This document shows positions 31,012 to 40,241 of a stretch of DNA of 64,000 nucleotides, piece by piece. The notes beneath the pieces are model-generated. The model was not told where the DNA came from, made no database searches, and saw only the letters and a program-made list of their open reading frames with translations. Source of the stretch: Candidatus Babeliales bacterium (GTDB lineage Bacteria > Babelota > Babeliae > Babelales > Vermiphilaceae); the NCBI GenBank assembly GCA_963743635.1, contig CAVUQO010000003.1:704001-768000 (forward strand), written 5' to 3'. Each line of letters starts with the position of its first letter. Within the stretch, counting starts at the first letter, position 1. The translations under genes were made by a program, and so were the position numbers.

Positions 31012-32754
31012 ATGAAAACAGCAAAATACCCTCATAATCGTGTTCTTTTTACACTAGTCGCACTCCTGAGTGTCGTGAATGGTTCCCTTCAGGGGTTTCT
31101 TGGGCCTCGCACCCTCATTTTGCCTCGATCGCAGAGTGTTAATGCGGCACGGGATCTGGTTGGCTGGCAACAGCAATTGCATAGGCACGATGAGACGGGT
31201 AATTATTGGCTCTTGGCCTTTACCCCTGAATATACCCATACCTTCGCCCAAAATCATCTGACGGACCAGGTCTTTGGTGCTAGTTGTTTTAAGGTGACCG
31301 GCAGTGCCGTTGAGGATCGCCAATCTACCGATCTGCTCGCAGATTATTTTGAGCTGCCGCGCGATTATCAGGGAAGGCTTTCTATATCGCCGCTGATTTC
31401 ACAGTTTATTGCGGATTTTAACTTCTATGTGGGACTTGATCGTATATGCCCAGGGCTCTTTTTTATTATCCATTTTCCAGTTGTTAGCAGCAAATGGGAT
31501 ATTCGTTTAGAGGAATGTGTTATTGATCCGGGAACTGATTTTCATCCTGCGGGTTATTTCAGTGATGAACGCATTGATCGTAAAGATTTGTTATTTGATA
31601 TGCGTGAGTATTTGAGAGGGCATCGTACGATTGGTGATGTCAAAGAGCCGTTGTGTTATCAAAAAGTTATAGGATTAACAGGGCGTAACGTAGCGAATAG
31701 ACTTTCAGATGTGCAGGGGGCTCTTGGCTATGATTTGGTATCTCGTGATAGAGGACATTTTGGTATTGAACTGCGCGCGTCTGCGCCCGCTGGTAATCGT
31801 CCGCAGCAACGTTATTTATTTGATGCAGTTGTTGGTAATGGACATCACTGGGAGTTGGGAGGAGGTTTAACGAGCCATTGCCGTATCTGGGAAAATGATA
31901 GGCACCAATTTTTGGTATATCTGGATGCCAATATCACGCATTTATTTTCGAGTGATTCTCAACGTTCATTTAATTTGATCGGGCGATGTGCAGGGAGTCG
32001 TTACATGATGTTAGAAGAAATCGCGCAAGGCTCTTTGGATTTATTTGTGTACGGTGATTATCCATCGACCGATCAATATACGCATCGATTAGTGCCGGCG
32101 ATTAACATAACTACTCTGGATGTCAGAACATCATTTGCAGTGCAGGGTGATGTAGTATTAAAGTTTGCATTAACGCGTGATAATTTTTGCTTTGATATCG
32201 GCTATGATTTCTGGGCACGGAGCCATGAAAAGCTTAGTTGTCGTTCAGGTTTTGAACAAAATCGTTATGCATTAAAGGGCGATGCACAAGTCTATGGTTT
32301 TGATGTTGATAATTCGTACAACGAGCAAGCAATTCCGCTCAGTGCATCGCAACATATGGCAACGATATTTGCAGGCCAAGGCACCGGGAATTTTGAACCC
32401 GGGCTGGAATTTGCTAATGCAAATGCCGATAATCCTACTGAAGCATTTGGGCCTAATGGGGTTCTCATGCAGCTGAATAGTGCTGATGCAGCAGCTTTGT
32501 ATCTTGCGCAAGAACCGGTGCAAACATCGCAGCCGTCGATTTTTTTATCTGAGTGTGATTTAGATATAGCGTCTGGTTTAGTGCCCACTTCGTTGACGAG
32601 TAAAATATTTACGCATGCGGGATACACTTGGTATTCTGACACATGTAATCCGTTTCTTGGTATCGGTGGTGAAGTAGAATGGGCGCATGGATCATGTGAT
32701 CGAGGCGGCATTTCGCAGTGGGGCATTTGGTGCAAAATGGGACTTTCTTATTAA
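31012..32754 (+). CDS. OMP-like family paralog 7 (no CNTG repeat)
   Basis: PRSQSVNAARDLVGW, LADYFELPRDY, GNGHHWELG; ends QWGIWCKMGLSY; start after AAGGAG. Confidence 0.85.
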   Translation: MKTAKYPHNRVLFTLVALLSVVNGSLQGFLGPRTLILPRSQSVNAARDLVGWQQQLHRHDETGNYWLLAFTPEYTHTFAQNHLTDQVFGASCFKVTGSAVEDRQSTDLLADYFELPRDYQGRLSISPLISQFIADFNFYVGLDRICPGLFFIIHFPVVSSKWDIRLEECVIDPGTDFHPAGYFSDERIDRKDLLFDMREYLRGHRTIGDVKEPLCYQKVIGLTGRNVANRLSDVQGALGYDLVSRDRGHFGIELRASAPAGNRPQQRYLFDAVVGNGHHWELGGGLTSHCRIWENDRHQFLVYLDANITHLFSSDSQRSFNLIGRCAGSRYMMLEEIAQGSLDLFVYGDYPSTDQYTHRLVPAINITTLDVRTSFAVQGDVVLKFALTRDNFCFDIGYDFWARSHEKLSCRSGFEQNRYALKGDAQVYGFDVDNSYNEQAIPLSASQHMATIFAGQGTGNFEPGLEFANANADNPTEAFGPNGVLMQLNSADAAALYLAQEPVQTSQPSIFLSECDLDIASGLVPTSLTSKIFTHAGYTWYSDTCNPFLGIGGEVEWAHGSCDRGGISQWGIWCKMGLSY

Positions 32755-32836
32755 TGATCGTTGGGATTTTGCAAAAATTGGTATATGGTAATGCCAATAA
32801 AAAATGCATACAGAGGCATGACGAGGGTAAAGAATT

Positions 32837-34597
32837 ATGAAGCGATCATCAGTATTAATGACAATTGGGTTAGTAGGTTTAGGACTGTGTAGTAGGTATA
32901 CGCACACCCTTGATACGGGCAGAACATTTTATTGTCAGCGATCACAAAGTGTGAATGCGGCGCGTGAATTGGTTGGCTGGTATTGGGGAATTAATCGCTA
33001 CGACGTTGGTTATTATTATGGCAGTTTTTCTGCGGCCGTAGAGTTTACGCGCACCTTCCAAGCACGTCATATCGCGCGGTACTTTTTTGGTACTGATATC
33101 TTGACCTTTACCGGAAGTCGCGTGCCTAATCGTAGCCCCGAAGATATATTGGCAGATTATTTTGGACTGCCAACCGATTTTAGTAGTACTGTACTTTTCG
33201 CACCGGTTGCAGAAAATGCGCTGTGTGATTTTGATTGGTATTGCGGTCTTGATGCGTGGTGCGATGGGTTATATTTCCGTATACATGCACCATTGGTTTA
33301 TACCAAATGGGGCATGCGTCTTGAAGAATGTGCAGAATATTCCGGCGTAAATAATTATCCCGCAGGTTACATGGCGAGTGAATTAATTACGCGCTCGCAA
33401 ATGGCCGCATCAGTCATGCAGGCATTTACGGGTACGGTGTCTTTTGGTGATTATCATGCATTGCGGTATGGTAAAATTGACGGCAATCAGCACAAAGTTG
33501 GGTTGTCTGAAATTCAAGCAGCGCTTGGCTGGAATATGGTTAATAATGATGGCTATCATTTTGGTATTAATGCACGCACCTCATTTCCAACAGGCAATCG
33601 CCCAGAGGGCATTTATCTATTTGAACCAATTATAGGTAATGGCCATCATTGGGAACTTGGTATTGGATTTACCGGACATGCAGTCAGTTTTTACTGCGAG
33701 GATGAATGGATGATCGGCATCTATGGAGACGCAAATATTACCCACTTATTTAATGCAGAGCAACGACGATCATTTGACTTTCTCAAGCATGGCTCAGGAA
33801 GTCGTTACATCTTGATGCAAGAAATGGGGTCTGCGCAAGAAGGGTTTACCGTTGATGATATTCAAGCGCAGTATCAATACCAAGGCGCGATACTTCCGGG
33901 TATCAATCGCACAACACTCGATTGCAAGGTAAGTACAGCGATTCAGCTTGATTTAGCGGTCATGCTTGTGTGGGAACATAATAATATTAACTTTGATATT
34001 GGATACAATTTGTGGGGGCGTACGGCAGAAAAATTAGCGAGTCGTGATTGCTTCCCTGATAATCGTTATGCTTTCAAGGGTGATGCGCAAGTCTATGGCT
34101 TTGTGGTGGATACGAATGAGCCAGTGAGGCTCAATGCAACGCAAAGTACACCACTAGCCGGCGGCGTGATGGGCCGTGTGCGTATAGAATCGGGGCAAGG
34201 CTTAATGGACAATACCAATGCTGCGCAAACGTTTACCAACGAAAATGCGGATAATGCGGCACTTGCGATGTTTGATGGTATGGATCTCAATCAATCATTT
34301 GAACCCGATGGAATTATTAATACGGGATTAGAGCCAGGAGATATTGCACCAGTGAATGGATCAAATCCACCCGTTTTGTTAATGAATAGTGATATTGATG
34401 ATTATTCAGCGCTTTCCGGATCAGCAATGACGAATAAATTCTTTATGCATATTGGCTACACGTTTGCCGACCGCTACTGCGTAGATCCGTATATCGGATT
34501 AGGCGGAGAAATTGAGCTTGATGGCGCGGCAACGCGTATTGCTAAGAACAGCTTCTCTCAATGGGGCATTTGGCTCAAGGGCGGCTTTGCGTATTAA
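32837..34597 (+). CDS. OMP-like family paralog 8 (no CNTG repeat)
   Basis: RSQSVNAARELVGW, LADYFGLPTDF, GNGHHWELG; ends QWGIWLKGGFAY. Confidence 0.85.
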   Translation: MKRSSVLMTIGLVGLGLCSRYTHTLDTGRTFYCQRSQSVNAARELVGWYWGINRYDVGYYYGSFSAAVEFTRTFQARHIARYFFGTDILTFTGSRVPNRSPEDILADYFGLPTDFSSTVLFAPVAENALCDFDWYCGLDAWCDGLYFRIHAPLVYTKWGMRLEECAEYSGVNNYPAGYMASELITRSQMAASVMQAFTGTVSFGDYHALRYGKIDGNQHKVGLSEIQAALGWNMVNNDGYHFGINARTSFPTGNRPEGIYLFEPIIGNGHHWELGIGFTGHAVSFYCEDEWMIGIYGDANITHLFNAEQRRSFDFLKHGSGSRYILMQEMGSAQEGFTVDDIQAQYQYQGAILPGINRTTLDCKVSTAIQLDLAVMLVWEHNNINFDIGYNLWGRTAEKLASRDCFPDNRYAFKGDAQVYGFVVDTNEPVRLNATQSTPLAGGVMGRVRIESGQGLMDNTNAAQTFTNENADNAALAMFDGMDLNQSFEPDGIINTGLEPGDIAPVNGSNPPVLLMNSDIDDYSALSGSAMTNKFFMHIGYTFADRYCVDPYIGLGGEIELDGAATRIAKNSFSQWGIWLKGGFAY

Positions 34598-34610
34598 TGA
34601 ATAAATAACC

Positions 34611-34647
34611 ATGCGCGGATGTAGAAGATTCTTCTACATCCGCGCAT
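34611..34647. terminator. Perfect hairpin/terminator between convergent genes
   Basis: ATGCGCGGATGTAGAAG-att-CTTCTACATCCGCGCAT. Confidence 0.75.
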
Positions 34648-34687
34648 TAATTTTATGACACAAAGATCTTTTTAGAGATCCGTGTTT

Positions 34688-35191
34688 TCAATTGCGCGTG
34701 GCTTTTTTTAAACACGATTTTTTAGGCTGAGCACCGAGATTAATCTCTTTGGTCAAAGGTGTATCTTCATAAAATGTGAAAAGAGTATCGCCATTCGATT
34801 TGTATTCTACTTTCACGGGCCTGCCGCGAGGGCTTTGTTGTTTTGCGGGTTTATCATTTTGCTGCATCTGAGCGGTATGAACATTTACAGGAGGTGCCTC
34901 GTGAGCAATAGAAAAAAATGTTTTTTCTTGTTCTACTGTGGGATGAGAAATTGGAGAATTATTATCGAGTTCGAGTTGGGCTTGATGAGTTCTGTATCCA
35001 TTGACTGGCTCATCGCCAGAAACCAATAGATAGGCGCATACCGTGCCCATACCAATAATACTAGCGGTTACCGTTGCTATTATTGGATGATCAGAAATTT
35101 TTTTCCTAGTCCAAGTCCAATCAAGTGGCCCAGCTTGTATCAAGGGTGACGTTGCAAGTAGAAATGCAACCGTGAGTATTTTTAGATTCAT
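34688..35191 (-). CDS. Hypothetical secreted/membrane protein
   Basis: Signal peptide plus one TM, low-complexity tail. Confidence 0.7.
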   Translation of the reverse strand: MNLKILTVAFLLATSPLIQAGPLDWTWTRKKISDHPIIATVTASIIGMGTVCAYLLVSGDEPVNGYRTHQAQLELDNNSPISHPTVEQEKTFFSIAHEAPPVNVHTAQMQQNDKPAKQQSPRGRPVKVEYKSNGDTLFTFYEDTPLTKEINLGAQPKKSCLKKATRN

Positions 35192-35341
35192 TTTTTAACC
35201 TTTTTGTTACTTAAAATATGGATTAACATTTCTATTAGAATACCATGTTGGGAATTTTTGTAAAGGAGGTAAGGCATGGAGGGCAACTTCGTTCCTGAAG
35301 TACCCTCTTTTTCCAGATCTAGAATGCTAAAATGGCTGATA

Positions 35342-36706
35342 TTAGTTGCTTTGGATGACGCTTAGTAGGTAATCAGCACCAGGTTTGAGCGTGCGTTCCT
35401 GAGTAGTGAAATCAACCTTATAGATGCCGTAATGCTTATCGTAAGCGCCCCATTCATAGTTATCGAGCAATGCCCAGTGAATATAACTGCGTACATCGCA
35501 ACCATCTTTAATGGCTTGTGAAATAGCATAGAGATAACGTTGAGCCTGTTCGCGGCGCATATCGTTATCATCGGTTCCAATACCATTTTCGGTGATATAG
35601 ATCGGAATGTTGAGTGGGCGTGCCATTTTTTCATTGATCTCTTTTATCGCACGATACATGCCTTCTGGATAGAGCGTGTATTGTGGGTTTTGGGTATGAT
35701 ATTCTTCAGGATGTTTCAATAAGCCAAAGTTTTTCATGTAGGCATGGGAGTAATAATTGAGTGCAACGAAATCGAGCGACTCAGAAGCTTTTTTATTTTC
35801 GTGATATACGTTTACAAGACCTGGTATATACAGCTTAAATACGCCGGTGGTGCAGAAGGTGTATATGCAATCATTAGTAATGTAATTACCCATAGCGGCT
35901 GCTAAATGATCAAGAGGATTGTATGTGTTCCATGGCTCAAGCTGATAAATATTTTTTGAAAAAGTAATTTGAGATGAAGGATTAATTACTTTCATTGATT
36001 GATAAGCCTGTACGTGACCTTCAAGAATATTTTTCAATACCTCTCCCATGATCTGCATATCTTTCTTGCCAGGAGGTACTGTCCCCCTGAGATAGCCTTT
36101 AGTTGCATATGCACTTGGAGAAGTAAACGTTATCCAAAGATAGACGTATGGATGTAAACGTTCAAATACTTTTTGGCAGTAGGATGCATAATGATGCAGA
36201 TTTTGTTCTTTTTCAAAACCACCTTTATTCATGAACCATTGCGGGTCTGTGTAGTGGTGTAGCGTAAGGACTGGTTTAATACCCTGGCGAACGAGTTCCT
36301 TACAGACATCTTCGTAGTGATCCAATGCTGATTCATCGTACACGCCTTCTTGAGGTTCAATTTTGCTCCATGCGGTAGAAAATTTGAATAATGTAGCGCC
36401 GGTTTCTTTCAAGAGAGCTATGTCTGTTTCATAGCGATTCCAATGATCGCACGCATCCCCTGAGCAGTCAGTGACATGGCGCGTTCCATCAGGGAATGAT
36501 TCCTGTTCCCATTGGTACCAACTATCGTTTTCAGTTGCATGGCCCTCGATTTGGTGATGAGAGCTGCTAAAGCCAAATTCAAGCTTTGAAAGGTCGATAT
36601 TTTGGGTATTAATGGTCTCCCAATCCCAGTGAAGGGGAGAAAGAGGTTCGGCTATAGTGAGTTGAGCTGCGCACAGTATCAGTAAAAGAAGATTGTTCTT
36701 ATTCAT
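35342..36706 (-). CDS. Glycoside hydrolase family 1 protein (signal peptide; acid/base Glu absent)
   Basis: QIEG, DHWNRY, WSKIEP, TLHH, nucleophile ITENG, DNYEW; TFTSP in place of TxNEP. Confidence 0.9.
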   Translation of the reverse strand: MNKNNLLLLILCAAQLTIAEPLSPLHWDWETINTQNIDLSKLEFGFSSSHHQIEGHATENDSWYQWEQESFPDGTRHVTDCSGDACDHWNRYETDIALLKETGATLFKFSTAWSKIEPQEGVYDESALDHYEDVCKELVRQGIKPVLTLHHYTDPQWFMNKGGFEKEQNLHHYASYCQKVFERLHPYVYLWITFTSPSAYATKGYLRGTVPPGKKDMQIMGEVLKNILEGHVQAYQSMKVINPSSQITFSKNIYQLEPWNTYNPLDHLAAAMGNYITNDCIYTFCTTGVFKLYIPGLVNVYHENKKASESLDFVALNYYSHAYMKNFGLLKHPEEYHTQNPQYTLYPEGMYRAIKEINEKMARPLNIPIYITENGIGTDDNDMRREQAQRYLYAISQAIKDGCDVRSYIHWALLDNYEWGAYDKHYGIYKVDFTTQERTLKPGADYLLSVIQSN

Positions 36707-36932
36707 GAAGGATTCCTCGGGATTTCTATATTTTTTATGATCAGTTATCAGTATAGCAGGGGCGATGCGGGGGTCAAAGGGGGTCTCTGGATGGGTGTTC
36801 TTAGGTTGGGGGCGATGAAATGCACGGTAAAGGAATAGTTAAAAGCAGCTTTTTAGTCCCTTATTCGCGATTTTGTTTCTTTTTGAAGGTATAAAAGAGT
36901 AACGTGTGGTCGTAACATAGAGAGGGGATCCT

Positions 36933-37988
36933 ATGAAGATGACTCGTGTTCTTATGATAAGTATGATGGGTGGGATATCATTAAACTGTTCAACATTCTT
37001 GATTGCAGGGGGAGATGGCGATGAGCAGATGGCTCTAGCAAGTCCCGGTCATAGAACGCGATTCGGTCAATTATTTCATCGATCGTCTTCTAATATGAGC
37101 GCAACATCCTCCTCCGGTTCAAATCATCACAGTGATAGTGGTTTGATTGTTGGCTCACTGGATTCGATTGAGATCGGTGGGTCATCGCCTTCTGCTAGTA
37201 CGAGTAGTAAAATTAAGATTTTAAAAAAATTCTTATCTCGGTCTTCTCGAAGGATGGATGTTTCATCCTCTCCTAGACAGAGTCAATCATTAAGTGGGCC
37301 GGCTGATGCGATATCGGTGTCATATGGAAAGCTTATAGAAAGAGCAGAGCACGCTTTATTAGGTCTTATGAAAGTGGCGCCAGAGATATTCCTTGATGGC
37401 GATAGTGATATAAGAGGACTCAATGAAATTGATGCTTTTCTTGGAAGATTTGAAAGTATTCAACATAAGCTTAATACCTATTGTAAAAGAATAGATCCTA
37501 ATTTTGCAGTATCATATATGAAAACGTTAAGCATTAATTTTGCAAAAGTCAGCAATACGAATGTTAATCCCTGGCATATGTATAAACATCTTGGGGGTAT
37601 ATATACTCATCTTGGTACAACCGTAGAAGATGGCATAAGTTTATCATGCGCAGACTGTAGAACATTGCTTGAACAGCGGCAGCGCAGTCATCCAGAAGAA
37701 GAAGCTTTATTGCGTCAAGTAGAATACCTATTTCGCAATAGCATAGCCAAGCAGGAGTTTGATATCTTGCTACAAGGCGGAGTCCAAGAGCTTCTGAGGT
37801 TAAAAAAAATTAAACCAGAAAAATCTAAGCAGGAAATTGAGCACTACTTATACTTGATAACCTTTACGAATGGCATGAGAGAGGAATTGCTTGAATTCAA
37901 AAGAAATAATCCCACATCTATCAAATCTCCTCTCGTTGTTCATTCGACTCATGATCTCTCAAGCCATGCATTTTCTCTTGATGACTAA
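36933..37988 (+). CDS. Hypothetical secreted protein with Ser-rich N-terminal region
   Basis: 351 aa ORF, GAGGGG RBS, signal-like N-terminus. Confidence 0.75.
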   Translation: MKMTRVLMISMMGGISLNCSTFLIAGGDGDEQMALASPGHRTRFGQLFHRSSSNMSATSSSGSNHHSDSGLIVGSLDSIEIGGSSPSASTSSKIKILKKFLSRSSRRMDVSSSPRQSQSLSGPADAISVSYGKLIERAEHALLGLMKVAPEIFLDGDSDIRGLNEIDAFLGRFESIQHKLNTYCKRIDPNFAVSYMKTLSINFAKVSNTNVNPWHMYKHLGGIYTHLGTTVEDGISLSCADCRTLLEQRQRSHPEEEALLRQVEYLFRNSIAKQEFDILLQGGVQELLRLKKIKPEKSKQEIEHYLYLITFTNGMREELLEFKRNNPTSIKSPLVVHSTHDLSSHAFSLDD

Positions 37989-38297
37989 AGGTTAAAACGA
38001 ATATCGAGCAAATCGCCACCCCCTCTATGCTTTCAGCTTCTTCGGGCTTGGGATTATTGCATGCGATTGTTCTCATACATTGAATCGAATATCCAAGAGG
38101 TCGCCATCAGCAACGATATAGTCTTGACCTTCGCGGCGAATCTTTCCTAAATCTTTTAATTTAGCTTCGCTGCCAGCTTGGATGAGATCTTTAGCATTGA
38201 ATACTTCAGCGCAAATAAAACCTCGTTCTAAATCTGAGTGAATTTCTCCCGCTGCTTTACGCACCGTCATGCCATTGCGTATTGGTCAGGCGTGAGC
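37986..38297. repeat. ~310-bp direct repeat of 40156-40466 (ychF 3' end plus downstream DNA)
   Basis: Collinear high similarity, including GGGATTATTGCATGCGATTGTTCTCATACATTGAATCGAATATCC. Confidence 0.95.
38073..38297 (-). pseudogene. ychF: Truncated duplicate of ychF 3' ~75 codons
   Basis: AHA*PIRNGMTVRKAAGEIHSDLERGF...DIRFNV; differences from ychF are mostly synonymous; W->TGA at 38286-38288. Confidence 0.92.
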
Positions 38298-38410
38298 TTT
38301 TGGGTACATGCGGCAATAAATCTTGTGATTTGATGTAGAAATATGGCAGACTGGATAAAAATGCAAGAAGAGAGATATCTTGGATGGATAATCCTAAAAG
38401 GGGATGTGGG

Positions 38411-40096
38411 ATGAAGAAAGTAATAGTGAGTATAATCTTGGTTGTGGGCTTGACAGGGATCTGTGGTTGGCAATTATTGGCTGTGACCATGCGGGTGATT
38501 GGCGTGCCGCGGCCGTCGGCTGTATCAGGGGAAATTGGGTATATTAATGAAACGGTGGATTTGGATGATGAAGATGTCATGACTTTAGAGACATTTTCAG
38601 ATTTAATAGCGCAAAAGCAAAGATTGAATCTTCCCTATGTTATTGCGCGCGTTGAAAATCCTGGTGGCTTTCATCGTTATTATGATGCGGAGGCATTGAA
38701 TCGTCAGTTGTTTGGAGCTCCGCAAGGTACACCATTGACGGATATTTATCGCGTTCCAATAGAGAGGCTTGATTATTTTATTAAGGATCCTGCTCGGAAT
38801 GAATTTAGGTATATGGAATCGTTTCATGTGGCTGAGCTTAGTGCCAAGAGGGCAGCAATGCATACACGTCTTGGTATGATGTATTATAAAGGTGAAGGAG
38901 TTGCTCGAGATTATGCTAGGGCACGTAATTACTTTGAGCAAGTAATAGCCAATGTGGATCAGCCTGTCTATAGCGTGTATGCGCACCGTGTCAATAGGGC
39001 GTATGCACATACACGTCTTGGTGAGATGTACTATAATGGTGAAGGAGTTGATCGAGATTATGCTAGGGCGCGTGGTCACTATGAGCAAGTAATAGCTGAG
39101 AATGTATCTGATCCCAATAGGCCGTTCGATATACGTGTACTAGTTGATGCGAGTGGGTCTGATCCCAATAGGTCGTTAGCGCAGATACGTCTTGGTGAGA
39201 TCTACTATAATGGTTTAGGAGTTGATCGAGATTATGCTAGGGCGCGTGCTTACTATGAGCAAGCAATAGGTAATACTCGTTCGCCTGGTGTCAATAGGGC
39301 GATGGCGCAGGCGCGTCTTGGTGACATCTATTATAAGGGTGAAGGGGTTGCCCGAGATTATGCTAGGGCACGTGCTTACTTTGAGCAATTAATAGCCAAT
39401 GCGGATGCGTCTGCTCGCAATAGGGCGTATGCGCATACACGTCTTGGTGACATGTATTATAAAGGTGAAGGGGTTGCTCGAGATTATGCTAGGGCACGTG
39501 ATTACTATGAGCAAGTAATAGCTAATGCGAATGCGCAGGGTGTCAATAGGGCGTATGCGCATACACGTCTTGGTGACATGTATTATAAAGGTGAAGGAGT
39601 TGCTCGAGATTATGCTAGGGCACGTGATTACTATGAGCAAGTAATAGCCAATGCGAATGCAAGTGGTGCCGATAGGGCGGTAGCGCAGGTACGTCTTGGT
39701 GACATGTATTATAAAGGTGAAGGAATTGCTCAAGATTATGCTAGGGCACGGGATTACTATGAGCAACTAATAGCTAATGCGAATGTAAGTGGTGCCGATA
39801 GGGCGGTAGCGCAGGTACGTCTTGGTGACATGTATTATAAAGGTGAAGGAATTGCTCAAGATTATGCTAGGGCACGTGATTACTATGAGCAAGTAATAGC
39901 TAATGCGAATGCAAGTGGCGCCGATAGGGCGGTAGCGCAGGTACGTCTTGGTGACATGTATTATAATGGTGAAGGAATTGCTCAAGATTATGATAGGGCA
40001 CGTGATTACTATGAGCAAGTAATAGCTAATCCAGACATAACTTCTCAAGACAAGCAGAATGTGCAAATGCGTCTTGATTCAATGGTTCGCGAATAA
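38411..40096 (+). CDS. Secreted Sel1-like repeat protein (9 repeats) with U-box-like N-domain
   Basis: RLGxxYYxGxGVxRDYARARxYYEQ x9, 126-bp units; signal peptide MKKVIVS. Confidence 0.88.
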   Translation: MKKVIVSIILVVGLTGICGWQLLAVTMRVIGVPRPSAVSGEIGYINETVDLDDEDVMTLETFSDLIAQKQRLNLPYVIARVENPGGFHRYYDAEALNRQLFGAPQGTPLTDIYRVPIERLDYFIKDPARNEFRYMESFHVAELSAKRAAMHTRLGMMYYKGEGVARDYARARNYFEQVIANVDQPVYSVYAHRVNRAYAHTRLGEMYYNGEGVDRDYARARGHYEQVIAENVSDPNRPFDIRVLVDASGSDPNRSLAQIRLGEIYYNGLGVDRDYARARAYYEQAIGNTRSPGVNRAMAQARLGDIYYKGEGVARDYARARAYFEQLIANADASARNRAYAHTRLGDMYYKGEGVARDYARARDYYEQVIANANAQGVNRAYAHTRLGDMYYKGEGVARDYARARDYYEQVIANANASGADRAVAQVRLGDMYYKGEGIAQDYARARDYYEQLIANANVSGADRAVAQVRLGDMYYKGEGIAQDYARARDYYEQVIANANASGADRAVAQVRLGDMYYNGEGIAQDYDRARDYYEQVIANPDITSQDKQNVQMRLDSMVRE

Positions 40097-40241
40097 GTTA
40101 AATTTATGGAGGGCTTATCAGAAAATTCTAATAAGCCCTCATTTTAATAATTCTTTAAACGTTAAAACGAATGTCGAGTAAATCGCCGCCCGTCTACGCT
40201 TTCAGCTTCTTGGGCCTTGGGATTATTGCATGCGATTGTTC

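Noticed and set aside
38603..40066. Antisense ORFs over the Sel1 gene (likewise over the WD40, histone-like and OMP-like genes)
   Set aside because: Shadow ORFs caused by repetitive coding sequence on the other strand or frame
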